Positions 8,861 to 17,452 of a stretch of 32,000 nucleotides of DNA are shown piece after piece. Position numbers and translations under genes: made by a program. The DNA comes from Stygiobacter electus (GTDB taxonomy: Bacteria > Bacteroidota > Ignavibacteria > Ignavibacteriales > Melioribacteraceae). Position 1 is the stretch's first letter. Every line of letters begins with the position of its first letter. The DNA is taken from assembly GCF_029210465.1 (NCBI RefSeq), contig NZ_JARGDL010000005.1, forward strand, positions 53,366-85,365, given 5' to 3'. A model generated the notes under the pieces. It did no database searches. It had not been told where the DNA came from and saw only the letters and a program-made list of their open reading frames with translations.

Positions 8861-9397
8861 ATGAGAATAATTGGAATTGACCCCGGAACTTTATTTACCG
8901 GTTATGGAATAATTGATTTTAAGAACAATGAAATTAAGCATGTTGTTTCGGGCGTAATTAAAATTCAGGCGTTCAAAGAACAAGCAAAAAGATTAGAGGT
9001 GATTTACTCCGAAATCAATTCAATAATAAAAAAATACAAACCACAAGAGTTCGCTTTAGAAACAGCCTTTTACGGAAAAAATGTTCAGTCAACATTAAAA
9101 ATTGGTTATGCACGCGGCGTTTCTATGCTTGTTGCAATTCACAATAAATTACCGATGAAGGAATATTCTCCAAGAGAAGTTAAAAAAGCTGTCGTTGGAA
9201 ATGGCGCCGCATCAAAAGATCAGGTTCAGTTTATGATTAAAAAACTTCTTTGCTTAAATAATTCCAAAATAAAATTTGATGAAACAGATGCTTTAGCTGT
9301 TGCCGTTTGCCATGCGTTTAAAATTACTTCGCCAACTAAAAGAAGTAAAACATGGAAAGAATTTGTTGAAGATAATCCCGAAAAAATTTGGGGATAA
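8861..9397 (+). CDS. ruvC: Holliday junction resolvase RuvC
   Basis: It starts MRIIGIDPGTLFTGYGIID and contains ETAFYGKN and DETDALAVAVCH acidic catalytic blocks. It sits directly downstream of yebC, which is the usual arrangement. Confidence 0.9.
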   Translation: MRIIGIDPGTLFTGYGIIDFKNNEIKHVVSGVIKIQAFKEQAKRLEVIYSEINSIIKKYKPQEFALETAFYGKNVQSTLKIGYARGVSMLVAIHNKLPMKEYSPREVKKAVVGNGAASKDQVQFMIKKLLCLNNSKIKFDETDALAVAVCHAFKITSPTKRSKTWKEFVEDNPEKIWG

Positions 9398-9470
9398 AAT
9401 TTTTCATTTAAATTAACTAGTATTATTTATTATTTTTGAATTATCACAATAAATAAATTGAGGGGTGTTT

Positions 9471-10097
9471 ATGCCAAATCAAAAATATCTTTTCTTGTTT
9501 TTAATCATTTTTATTCCATCAATTTTCTTTTCACAAACAGATTCAACATTTAAAAAAAACCAATTAAAATTTTTACTTGTGAATAATCTTTCATTATCAT
9601 ATGTAAAATATACAAGTGAAAATAGCGGCTGGTTGTTTGGATTTGATGTTTCATTAAACGGTCAAAAAGAAAATTCAACCATTGAAACAACAAATATAAG
9701 TTCAAAAGAAAATGGAGATTTTGGAATCAACGATCAGTTTTTAACTTTAGACGTATTACATTTTGGTGAAAACGGTTTTACAAATAATACTAAATTTTAT
9801 TATGGTGCTGGTCCTTCATTAAAATTTAGTAGAAATAAAAACTCTCAAAAAAACACTTTTTATAATCACGAAATAACAAATATTCAATACGGGTTCGGTT
9901 TAAAATTAATAAGTGGTTTGCGAGTTAATATTTATAAATCGCTCTCTTTGGTTTCAGAATACTCGTTAGTAGGATATTTCCTTTGGGAAAAGCAAACAAA
10001 CGAGAATATTAATGGCAGCGACAAACAGACTATCACAAGCAATGGTTGGTATTACTCATTAAGTTCATTAAAGCTTGGTATCGTTTATAGTTTTTAA
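9471..10097 (+). CDS. Secreted beta-barrel outer-membrane protein candidate
   Basis: The tracked ORF starts at GTG 9465. The ATG at 9471 sits 5 nt after gagggg. The protein has a signal peptide (LFLFLIIFIPSIFFSQ), an alternating beta-strand pattern and a C-terminal GIVYSF. Confidence 0.55.
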   Translation: MPNQKYLFLFLIIFIPSIFFSQTDSTFKKNQLKFLLVNNLSLSYVKYTSENSGWLFGFDVSLNGQKENSTIETTNISSKENGDFGINDQFLTLDVLHFGENGFTNNTKFYYGAGPSLKFSRNKNSQKNTFYNHEITNIQYGFGLKLISGLRVNIYKSLSLVSEYSLVGYFLWEKQTNENINGSDKQTITSNGWYYSLSSLKLGIVYSF

Positions 10098-10129
10098 TTA
10101 TTAGAGTGTGATTTAATTTTTTTAATGTG

Positions 10130-10160
10130 GGGATGTTCAATTGAACATCCCTACTTTTTT
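10130..10160 (+). terminator. Intrinsic terminator downstream of the beta-barrel gene
   Basis: A perfect 22-bp palindrome gggatgttcaattgaacatccc is followed by tactttttt. Confidence 0.8.
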
Positions 10161-10162
10161 GT

Positions 10163-10223
10163 AAAATTTTTCTCAAATATCTTCACTAAAAAGATGTTAT
10201 ATTTAAACAGCATCAAAAAATAT
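10163..10223 (+). repeat. 61-bp direct repeat, copy A (upstream of umuD)
   Basis: aaaatttttctcaaatatcttcactaaaaagatgttatatttaaacagcatcaaaaaatat is identical at 61 of 61 positions to 12092-12152. Confidence 0.95.
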
Positions 10224-10265
10224 TTTTACTTCAACTGACAAAAAATTATTCAAAAGCTATTTTCT

Positions 10266-10712
10266 ATGGCTACTAAATTACATTCAAGTAAAATAATAGA
10301 TATTTATTCCGCACTAACAGATACAGAACTTGAATTACCAGTTGTTAATTCCGGCATTAGTGCTGGTTTTCCTTCACCGGCATTGGATTTTGTTGATATC
10401 AGTATTGATTTAAATAAACATTTAATTAAACATCCATCTGCTACTTTTTACGGACGTGTAAAAGGACACTCATTAAAAAATGCCGGTATTGATGATGGCG
10501 ATCTTTTAATTATTGACAGAAGTTTAGAACCGCAAAATGGAAAAATTGCTGTTTGTTATATTGATGGCGAATTCACAGCTAAAAGAATTAAAATAAAAAA
10601 AGATGAAATTTGGCTGATGCCGGAAAATGAAAATTACGCCCCAATTAAAGTCGGAAAGGATAACGACTTTTTAGTTTGGGGAATTGTAACTCATGTAATT
10701 AAATCTTTTTAA
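10266..10712 (+). CDS. umuD: S24-peptidase UmuD-like translesion polymerase accessory subunit
   Basis: 148 aa with the SAGFPSPA motif, a GHSL serine-nucleophile region and a downstream AKRI lysine. It lies 1 nt upstream of the umuC-like gene. Confidence 0.85.
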   Translation: MATKLHSSKIIDIYSALTDTELELPVVNSGISAGFPSPALDFVDISIDLNKHLIKHPSATFYGRVKGHSLKNAGIDDGDLLIIDRSLEPQNGKIAVCYIDGEFTAKRIKIKKDEIWLMPENENYAPIKVGKDNDFLVWGIVTHVIKSF

Positions 10713-10713
10713 A

Positions 10714-11973
10714 ATGTTTTCATTAATTGATTGCAATAATTTTTATGCTTCGTGCGAAAGAGTTTTTCGCCCCGATTTAAATGGAAAGCCTGTTGTTGTT
10801 TTGTCCAACAACGATGGCTGTGTAATTGCAAGAAGTAACGAAGCAAAAGCTCTTGGCATTCCAATGGGTGCACCAGCTTTTCAATATGAAGATGTTTTTG
10901 TAAAACATAATGTTCATGTTTTTTCTGCAAACTTTGCTCTTTATGGTGATATGAGTCATCGCGTGATGACTATTTTATCCGAATATTCTCCTGATATCGA
11001 AATTTACAGCATTGACGAAGCCTTCTTAAATCTTGATGGATTAGAACATCTCAACTTACTTGATTATGGAAATAAAATCAGAAAACATGTTTTTAAATGG
11101 ACTGGAATTCCTATCAGTATTGGAATTGCACCAACAAAAGCTTTAGCCAAAGCTGCAAATAGAATTGCAAAAAAATTCTCCGATAAAACCAATGGCGTTT
11201 ATGTACTTGATAATCAAGAAAAAATTACTAAAACACTTAAATGGCTTTCTGTTGAAGATGTTTGGGGAATTGGAAGAAGACATAGCAAAAGATTAAAGGC
11301 AATTGGTGTAAAAACAGCTTACGATTTTATTCAACTTGATGATAATTATGTCAAAAGAAAAATGACAATTGTTGGTCTTCGCTTAAAAAGAGATTTGCAA
11401 GGAATTCCAACAATTCAAATGGAAGATGTTCAACCCAAAAAGAATATTGCAACGACAAGAACATTTGAAACTAATTATAGTGAGTTTGAACAGATTAATG
11501 AACGTGTAATCACTTTTGCAGTTTCGTGTGGTGAAAAGTTAAGAAAACAAAATTCAGCTTGTAATTCATTAATGGTTTTTATTCATACAAATCAACATCG
11601 GGAAGATTTACCGCAATACAGCAGAAACATTGTAGTTAAACTTCCATTTCCAACTAATTCCGGAATTGAACTTGCAAAATTTGCTTCGCAAGCATTAAAA
11701 CAAATTTTTAAGCCCGGTTACTTTTACAAAAAAGCCGGAGTTATAGTAATGGATTTTACACCGGCAGATATTCCTCAATATGATTTGTTTGAAAACAGCG
11801 ATGAACGTCATAAACCATTAATGCAAGCAGTTGATAAAATTAACTCGAGATATGGTCAGCATAAAATTCGTCTTGCGTCGCAAGATCAAAAACGTGTTTG
11901 GAAAATGAAACAGGAAAAACTATCACCACGCTACACAACAAAATTATCTGATATTATAACAATCAATTTATAA
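10714..11973 (+). CDS. umuC: Y-family DNA polymerase, UmuC-like
   Basis: 419 aa. The N-terminus [52 protein letters not shown] is the canonical UmuC block. Confidence 0.9.
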   Translation: MFSLIDCNNFYASCERVFRPDLNGKPVVVLSNNDGCVIARSNEAKALGIPMGAPAFQYEDVFVKHNVHVFSANFALYGDMSHRVMTILSEYSPDIEIYSIDEAFLNLDGLEHLNLLDYGNKIRKHVFKWTGIPISIGIAPTKALAKAANRIAKKFSDKTNGVYVLDNQEKITKTLKWLSVEDVWGIGRRHSKRLKAIGVKTAYDFIQLDDNYVKRKMTIVGLRLKRDLQGIPTIQMEDVQPKKNIATTRTFETNYSEFEQINERVITFAVSCGEKLRKQNSACNSLMVFIHTNQHREDLPQYSRNIVVKLPFPTNSGIELAKFASQALKQIFKPGYFYKKAGVIVMDFTPADIPQYDLFENSDERHKPLMQAVDKINSRYGQHKIRLASQDQKRVWKMKQEKLSPRYTTKLSDIITINL

Positions 11974-12060
11974 TTAATTTGCAATTCGCAACCTGCCTGC
12001 CGTGTAGACGGGTGTATAATATAAAATGTAAGAGTTGAGCTTACTCAACCCAATAAATCT

Positions 12061-12098
12061 ATTAGTGAAAATTAGTGTAATTCGTGTCTGAAAAATTT
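12061..12098. repeat. Dispersed repeat R1, second copy (inverted relative to 3985-4023)
   Basis: attagtgaaaattagtgtaattcgtgtctgaaaaattt is the reverse complement of the 3985-4023 sequence, apart from two indels. Confidence 0.8.
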
Positions 12099-13222
12099 TT
12101 CTCAAATATCTTCACTAAAAAGATGTTATATTTAAACAGCATCAAAAAATATGAGACTGTAAAAATATAATCTTCTTTTCCTTTCCACAGGTGCATTATT
12201 CTTCTGAGTAGTTTCTTTGCTATACGAATAATAGCTTCCTGCTTTTTCATTCTCTTTATTAATTGTCCATACTTCATCGTTAATGCAGGGTCTTTTCTCG
12301 ATGCTATCCAAGCTGATTCTATCAATATATTTCTTAAATATGTGTTCTGTCTTTGTGTTATTCCCAGAACAACTTCTTTCCCTCCTGTTGAATATGTCGA
12401 TGGAGCTAAACCTACATAACTGCTTAGGTGATCATATCCCAAAAATCTTCTTATATCCATTATTTCTGTATATAACGTTACTGCTGTTATAAATCCTATA
12501 CCAGGTACTGTCATTAGTCGTGTTATTATCTTTTGTTTGTCTTCATCCTGATTTATCATTTTTCTTAACATTCTAACAACTTCTGTCATCTGTTCCCTTA
12601 AGGTTTTAAGTTGTCTTAAGTGTTGTTGAAGTGTTTGTTTGACTTCTTCCTGCTGAAAGTTCAAGCTTTCTATGTATTTGATAAACTTTCCGCTCCAGTA
12701 TTTTACTTCTATGTTTTCCGGTAGTTGAACCCCTAAAAAATTCAATAATGATTTTATCCTGTTCTTTACTCTTGTCTGATCTTTTACCAGTTGTATCCTT
12801 AGTCTACTCAATGTCCTTGCTGCTTGCTGTTCCTCTGCTGGAATATATATTCCCTTGAGATTATTACTCGATAGCTCTCTGGCTAATTTTCTTGAGTCTA
12901 TTCTATCGGTTTTACTTGTCTTTTCCTTATTACTTGTTGGTACATCTGCAGGATTAACTACTATATTTTCTATTCCCATTGATTTCAATTGCCTGTCTAT
13001 CCAGTATCCACAATATCCAGCCTCATAGCAACTTTGATACTTCGCTTTCGGATAATTCTTCATTAAATATTTACTTAACTCCTTTGTACTTGGGTTCATA
13101 CTGAATGTTTTGATTTGTTGTCCTCCTGTATTTATTGTTACTGACCACTGCTTCTTATGTACGTCTATTCCAACAAATACTGTTTGGTTTGTAAAATCAA
13201 GTTTGTTATTTTCCTTCTGCAT
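12062..13222 (-). CDS. IS110-family transposase (DEDD N-terminal domain plus Transposase_20-type C-terminal domain)
   Basis: It carries VFVGIDVHKKQW, PGIGFITAVTLYTEIMDIRRF and SYVGLAPSTYSTGGK. Family-like sequence stops around ...LLRRIMHLWKGKEDY. The last ~30 codons read through the 61-bp repeat and repeat R1 before the stop. Confidence 0.88.
   Translation of the reverse strand: MQKENNKLDFTNQTVFVGIDVHKKQWSVTINTGGQQIKTFSMNPSTKELSKYLMKNYPKAKYQSCYEAGYCGYWIDRQLKSMGIENIVVNPADVPTSNKEKTSKTDRIDSRKLARELSSNNLKGIYIPAEEQQAARTLSRLRIQLVKDQTRVKNRIKSLLNFLGVQLPENIEVKYWSGKFIKYIESLNFQQEEVKQTLQQHLRQLKTLREQMTEVVRMLRKMINQDEDKQKIITRLMTVPGIGFITAVTLYTEIMDIRRFLGYDHLSSYVGLAPSTYSTGGKEVVLGITQRQNTYLRNILIESAWIASRKDPALTMKYGQLIKRMKKQEAIIRIAKKLLRRIMHLWKGKEDYIFTVSYFLMLFKYNIFLVKIFEKNFSDTNYTNFH
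12092..12152 (+). repeat. 61-bp direct repeat, copy B (abutting or inside the 3' end of the IS110 ORF)
   Basis: Identical to 10163-10223. On the minus strand it is translated as the tail ...YFLMLFKYNIFLVKIFEKNF of the transposase ORF. Confidence 0.95.
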
Positions 13223-13225
13223 AAT

Positions 13226-13300
13226 GGCATCCTTTACTGTTTTATTTTTTAATTAGATGATTTATTAAATTATTTTTATCTAATTTACAGAAAGGATGCC
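13226..13300 (-). promoter_or_regulatory. Extended hairpin that sequesters the transposase ribosome-binding site
   Basis: ggcatcctttactgt (13226-13240) pairs with acagaaaggatgcc (13287-13300). An inner stem pairs aattagat (13251-13258) with atctaatt (13278-13285). On the minus strand the 3' arm contains the aaagga Shine-Dalgarno just upstream of the ATG at 13222. On the plus strand the hairpin is followed by a T7 run. Confidence 0.55.
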
Positions 13301-13347
13301 TTTTTTTATTATTTAAACATATTATCTACATTGAATAAATTCCTAAA

Positions 13348-15420
13348 CTATTCTACCTTAAACAAATCATCAGAAACATTTTTATTTACTTCATAAGAAG
13401 ATAAAGTTAATTCAATTGAACCCATTGGTGTTCCTTGAATCATTTTATGTGCAACCATATAACCATTTAATTCTTTGTAATCATCGTAATCAATTGTTAT
13501 AGATAAACTACCTTGTGGAGAGTCAACGGTTGAGTTTGTTCTAATTAAAAATCCAGTAGCTGCATCATAATATTGTGAATTTTTCTTTCCAGATGGATAA
13601 ATTAAATTTATTTTGTAAGCATCTTTTTTATTAATGGGTTCCATACCGGCTAATTCTAATTTAATTCCTTGACTAGCATAATCTAAAAATGCATTCAAAG
13701 CAGCTTGAACTTTCATTTCTTCTAATTGAGAGCCGGATAATTCTTGTTCTTGTCCCATAGCAGAAACTTTTCCACGTGTTCCGTCAAAAACAGTTTTTTG
13801 TTGACCAACACCAAAATCAATTAATTGGAAAAGTTTATTTGGTGCTTTGCGTGTAATCGTAACAACTAAATTCATTCCTTGCATTGAACCGGTAAGTTTC
13901 ATCGTTTCATCTTTCATTTGAGAAAGTTTGTCTTTGCCACCCATTACCTGAATATATTTGTCAATTACTTGTTCAGCGGTTAAACCTTCTGGAGCTTTTT
14001 TAACATTTGGATCATACTTTTCACCATAAATATCATAGTAATCAATTTTACCATTCATAGAAAATTTTGTTAAATTTTTTGCAACTTCTTCTGCTTTACC
14101 AACTATCAAAACATTTGCATTGTTTGGTTTGATATATTTTTTTGCAACCGATAAAACATCATCAGCAGTTACATCATTTAAATTTTTCAAATAGTTTTTA
14201 TAAAAATCTTTTGGAAGTTTATATCGTTCGATGTTAATTGCAAAGTTTGCTATTGTTTGTGGATTTTCGAGAGAGCGAACAAAATTTCCAATCATGTAAT
14301 TTTTATTTATTTGTAATTCCTCGTCACTGACTTTTTCATTTCTTATTCTTTTCATTTCATTAAAAATTTCTGTTAATGCACTGTCGGTAACAATATTGCG
14401 AACGGGTGCACTTGCCATCCATACACCTATAAATTTATCGGCTCTCAAATTTGATCCAGCACCGTATGTAAATCCTTTTGTTTCTCTTAAGTTTTTATTT
14501 ATTCGCGAAGTGAATGAGCCACCAAGAATTGTATTCATTACAGAAGCTTTGATATAATCTTCGCTTGCTAAATTAAATTCAATTGGATAACTAACAGAAA
14601 TAACGGATTGAACAGCATTTGCTCTATCAACAAGTGCAACTTTATTTATTAGTGGTGCTTTTGGATTTTGAAATTCAGTTTTTGGAACATCGCCAGCTTT
14701 CCAATTACCAAAATATTTTTCTACAAGTTTTTGTGCTTCCTTTTTGTTTATATCACCAACAATTGATAGATATGCAATGTTTGGTTTTAAGTATGTTTTA
14801 TAATAGTTATTGCATAAATCTAAGTTAATAGATTTTACAGTTTCTTCTGTTGTGGGTTCACCATAAGGATGATCTTTTCCATAATTCAAAACATCACGTA
14901 CTCTTTGCGAAATTGCATTTGGTTCATCTTTTTGTGCCGCAAGGTTTGATAAAGTTTTCTTAATTATTTTATCAAGTTCTTCTTGTTTGAAATCAGAATT
15001 AAGAACAATATCACTCATAATTTCTAATAGTTTTGGTGCTTGTTTTTTTAGTGCTGATGCAAAAATATTATTTGAAGATGTATTTAATGTTGCACCAAGA
15101 AAATCAATTTCTTCATCAAGTTTATCTTTGCTTCTTGTTTTGGTTCCGGTTCTTAAAAGTTCGCCGGTTGCTTCAACATAACCAGCATGTTTTCCTTCAA
15201 CAATTGGATCTATATCAAAAAATAAATTGAATGAAACACGAGGCACTTTTTTATTTTCAACTACAAATACTTTCAAACCATTTTTTAGGGTAAATGATTC
15301 GTAATTACCAAGTTTAATTTCTGGTGCTGGTCCAGCTGCAGGTTTTTTGCTTCTATCTATTTGTGCAAAAGATGCTATCGTTATAAATAGAATTAAAACT
15401 AATGACAAAAATTTTTTCAT
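13348..15420 (-). CDS. M16-family (pitrilysin-like) peptidase, non-catalytic-type subunit with a C-terminal extension
   Basis: The tracked ORF starts at GTG 15432. The ATG at 15420 is preceded by ggagaataaa. It has a signal peptide and M16 fold blocks but no HxxEH motif. It lies directly downstream of the HxxEH-bearing partner. Confidence 0.75.
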   Translation of the reverse strand: MKKFLSLVLILFITIASFAQIDRSKKPAAGPAPEIKLGNYESFTLKNGLKVFVVENKKVPRVSFNLFFDIDPIVEGKHAGYVEATGELLRTGTKTRSKDKLDEEIDFLGATLNTSSNNIFASALKKQAPKLLEIMSDIVLNSDFKQEELDKIIKKTLSNLAAQKDEPNAISQRVRDVLNYGKDHPYGEPTTEETVKSINLDLCNNYYKTYLKPNIAYLSIVGDINKKEAQKLVEKYFGNWKAGDVPKTEFQNPKAPLINKVALVDRANAVQSVISVSYPIEFNLASEDYIKASVMNTILGGSFTSRINKNLRETKGFTYGAGSNLRADKFIGVWMASAPVRNIVTDSALTEIFNEMKRIRNEKVSDEELQINKNYMIGNFVRSLENPQTIANFAINIERYKLPKDFYKNYLKNLNDVTADDVLSVAKKYIKPNNANVLIVGKAEEVAKNLTKFSMNGKIDYYDIYGEKYDPNVKKAPEGLTAEQVIDKYIQVMGGKDKLSQMKDETMKLTGSMQGMNLVVTITRKAPNKLFQLIDFGVGQQKTVFDGTRGKVSAMGQEQELSGSQLEEMKVQAALNAFLDYASQGIKLELAGMEPINKKDAYKINLIYPSGKKNSQYYDAATGFLIRTNSTVDSPQGSLSITIDYDDYKELNGYMVAHKMIQGTPMGSIELTLSSYEVNKNVSDDLFKVE

Positions 15421-15445
15421 TTTATTCTCCACTTATTTTCAAAAC

Positions 15446-16780
15446 TTATTGTTTATCTGCTGGTTTCATTGACTTAGGAAGATAATAAAGCACAACTCTA
15501 TTTTCTTTTGTTAAATATTTATTAGCAACGCGTTTTATATCTTCACGAGTTACTTTCATGTATCTATCAATTTCTGTGTTTATAAGATTAGCATCGCCAA
15601 AGTAAACAAAGTATTGAGCTAAATTTTCTGCTACACCAAGAACGCTGCTATTTTCAGTATAAAATTCTGTTTCTTTTTGATTGCGTAGTTTCTGAAATTC
15701 TTTTTCTGAAATTAAATCTTTCTTTACTTTATCTATTTCTGTTTGAATTGCGGCTTCAAGATCTTCTGCTTTAATTCCAATGTTTGCAATTCCATAAGTT
15801 AAAAACAAGCCGGGATCTTCTAAGAAATATGGAAAAGAACCTGTTACAACCGCTTTTTGCTGTTTATCAACTAATTCTTTGTAAAGACGTGAACTTTGTC
15901 CAGTTGATAAAACCTTTGCAAGCATTTCAAGTGCATAAGAATCTGGTGTTCCTTGTGCCGGAACTCTATAAGCATGTAAAACAAGTGGAAGTTGAACATT
16001 ATCATAAACAATATCACGAACTTCGCCGCCTAAATCTGGTTCAACTTCTTTTGGTCTTTTTATTTCTTTTGTCCCTTTTGGAATTTCACTAAAATATTTT
16101 TGAATTAATTCTTTTGTTTTTGGAATATCAATATCACCGGCAATTGAAAGTGTAACATTTTGTGGGACATAATATGTTGAATGAAAATCAATGAATTCTT
16201 GTAATGTTGCTTTGTTTATATCTTCTGGATTTCCAATCGTTGTCCAGCGATAAGGATGAACTTTATATGCACGTTTGAAAGTTTCTTCAATTAAAGTTCC
16301 ATAAGGGCGATTATCATAACTTTGTTTTCTTTCTTCTTTAACAACTTTGCGCTGTGTTTCAACGCCAATGCTGTCAATGTTTAAACTCATTAATCTGTCG
16401 CTTTCCATCCAAAGAGCAAGTTCTAATTGATTTGATGGGAAAATTTGATAATAAAAAGTTCTATCTGGATTTGTATTTGCATTATTTGTTCCACCAGCTC
16501 CTTGTGAAATTTTATCGAACTCGCCTCGAGGAATATTTTTAGAGCCTTCGAACATTAAATGCTCAAAGAAATGCGCAAAGCCTGTTCTTTGCGGGTCTTC
16601 ATTTTTTGAACCGACATGATATAAAAGTGTAACAGCAACAATCGGCGTAGAATTATCTTTATGCAGAATAACATTCATACCATTGTCTAATTTGTATTGT
16701 TCAAATGTTATCTTTTTTATTTGTGCATTTACTGCTACAAACGAAAAAAGAATTAATAACGAAAGAATTTTGCTTTTCAT
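15446..16780 (-). CDS. M16-family zinc peptidase, catalytic subunit
   Basis: 444 aa with a signal peptide and the inverted zinc motif HFFEHLMFEGS. An aaggag RBS lies upstream. Confidence 0.88.
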   Translation of the reverse strand: MKSKILSLLILFSFVAVNAQIKKITFEQYKLDNGMNVILHKDNSTPIVAVTLLYHVGSKNEDPQRTGFAHFFEHLMFEGSKNIPRGEFDKISQGAGGTNNANTNPDRTFYYQIFPSNQLELALWMESDRLMSLNIDSIGVETQRKVVKEERKQSYDNRPYGTLIEETFKRAYKVHPYRWTTIGNPEDINKATLQEFIDFHSTYYVPQNVTLSIAGDIDIPKTKELIQKYFSEIPKGTKEIKRPKEVEPDLGGEVRDIVYDNVQLPLVLHAYRVPAQGTPDSYALEMLAKVLSTGQSSRLYKELVDKQQKAVVTGSFPYFLEDPGLFLTYGIANIGIKAEDLEAAIQTEIDKVKKDLISEKEFQKLRNQKETEFYTENSSVLGVAENLAQYFVYFGDANLINTEIDRYMKVTREDIKRVANKYLTKENRVVLYYLPKSMKPADKQ

Positions 16781-16918
16781 TAATTACTCCTTGGTTTGAT
16801 TTTTCATTTTTGAGGTTTTTTGCTTTTAAAATATTGTCAATTTTTTTATAATATGCGAATAGTTAGACGTTAAAACTAAAATAAAGTTTTTATTGAAAAT
16901 CATTCTTTAAATAATTAC

Positions 16919-16965
16919 CAATTTGCAATTATCAATTTGCAATTAGTAATTGGCAATTTGCAACC
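16919..16965. repeat. Three copies of caatttgcaa(tt/cc) within 47 bp
   Basis: Copies start at 16919, 16933 and 16954. A related aatttgcaattcgcaacc occurs at 11976-11993 just after umuC. Confidence 0.7.
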
Positions 16966-17004
16966 TATTTCTTTTATTTTTCAATTGAAAAAATTTGGTG
17001 ATAA

Positions 17005-17442
17005 ATGAAAAAGATTTTTGTTCTTTTACTTGTTTTCGTTTCATACAATGCTTTTGCTCAAGCAGATACAACAGCAATATCATCGTTGAAAAATTGGATT
17101 AATTCTTTCAACGAAAAAAATCTTGAAAAAACTTTAAGCTATGTCTCTGATGAATACATCGGCTATTTCCCCGAGCAGCAAGATCAGTTTTATGAAACTT
17201 TGAAAGAATTATACACTAAAATTTTTTCTAATGATAAATTAAATATCACTCTTAAATACTTTGTTAACGATTTTACTTCCGATAACAATTTAACCGTTGT
17301 TCGATTAATTATAACTACCGTAGCTAAACCTACTTTTGCTCAACAAGCTCAATCAATTAAAGAAAAAGGAATTCAGATTTGGAGAAAAGAAAACAATCAA
17401 TGGAAACTTTTTAGATCAGTAACATTTCCAATAACAAAATAA
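17005..17442 (+). CDS. Secreted NTF2/SnoaL-like (DUF4440-type) protein
   Basis: It has a signal peptide (LLLVFVSYNAFAQA), SLKNWINSFNEKNLEKTLSYVSDEY and a C-terminal IQIWRKENNQWKLFRS pattern. Confidence 0.6.
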   Translation: MKKIFVLLLVFVSYNAFAQADTTAISSLKNWINSFNEKNLEKTLSYVSDEYIGYFPEQQDQFYETLKELYTKIFSNDKLNITLKYFVNDFTSDNNLTVVRLIITTVAKPTFAQQAQSIKEKGIQIWRKENNQWKLFRSVTFPITK

Positions 17443-17452
17443 GGGGAATAAT

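Larger units (their letters stand above)
12062..13300 (-). mobile_element. IS110-family insertion sequence; boundaries uncertain (right end either ~12153 or ~12062, left end near 13300)
   Basis: It holds a single transposase ORF and has no obvious terminal inverted repeats, as expected for IS110. It is flanked by repeat-rich DNA. Confidence 0.6.

Noticed and set aside
10130-10151. atGTTCaattGAACat as a LexA (Cheo-box-like) operator for umuDC
   Set aside because: The half-sites are in the opposite order to GAAC-N4-GTTC. The palindrome also follows a stop codon and precedes a T-run, so an intrinsic terminator is the simpler reading.
12033-12052. Hairpin gttgag-ctta-ctcaac as the umuC terminator
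   Set aside because: The stem is only 6 bp and no T-run follows, so the support is too weak to call.
14619-16542. Several tracked 60-100-aa plus-strand ORFs inside the two M16 peptidase genes
   Set aside because: All are antisense to long, motif-supported genes. Their leucine- and phenylalanine-rich composition is typical of antisense frames in AT-rich DNA.
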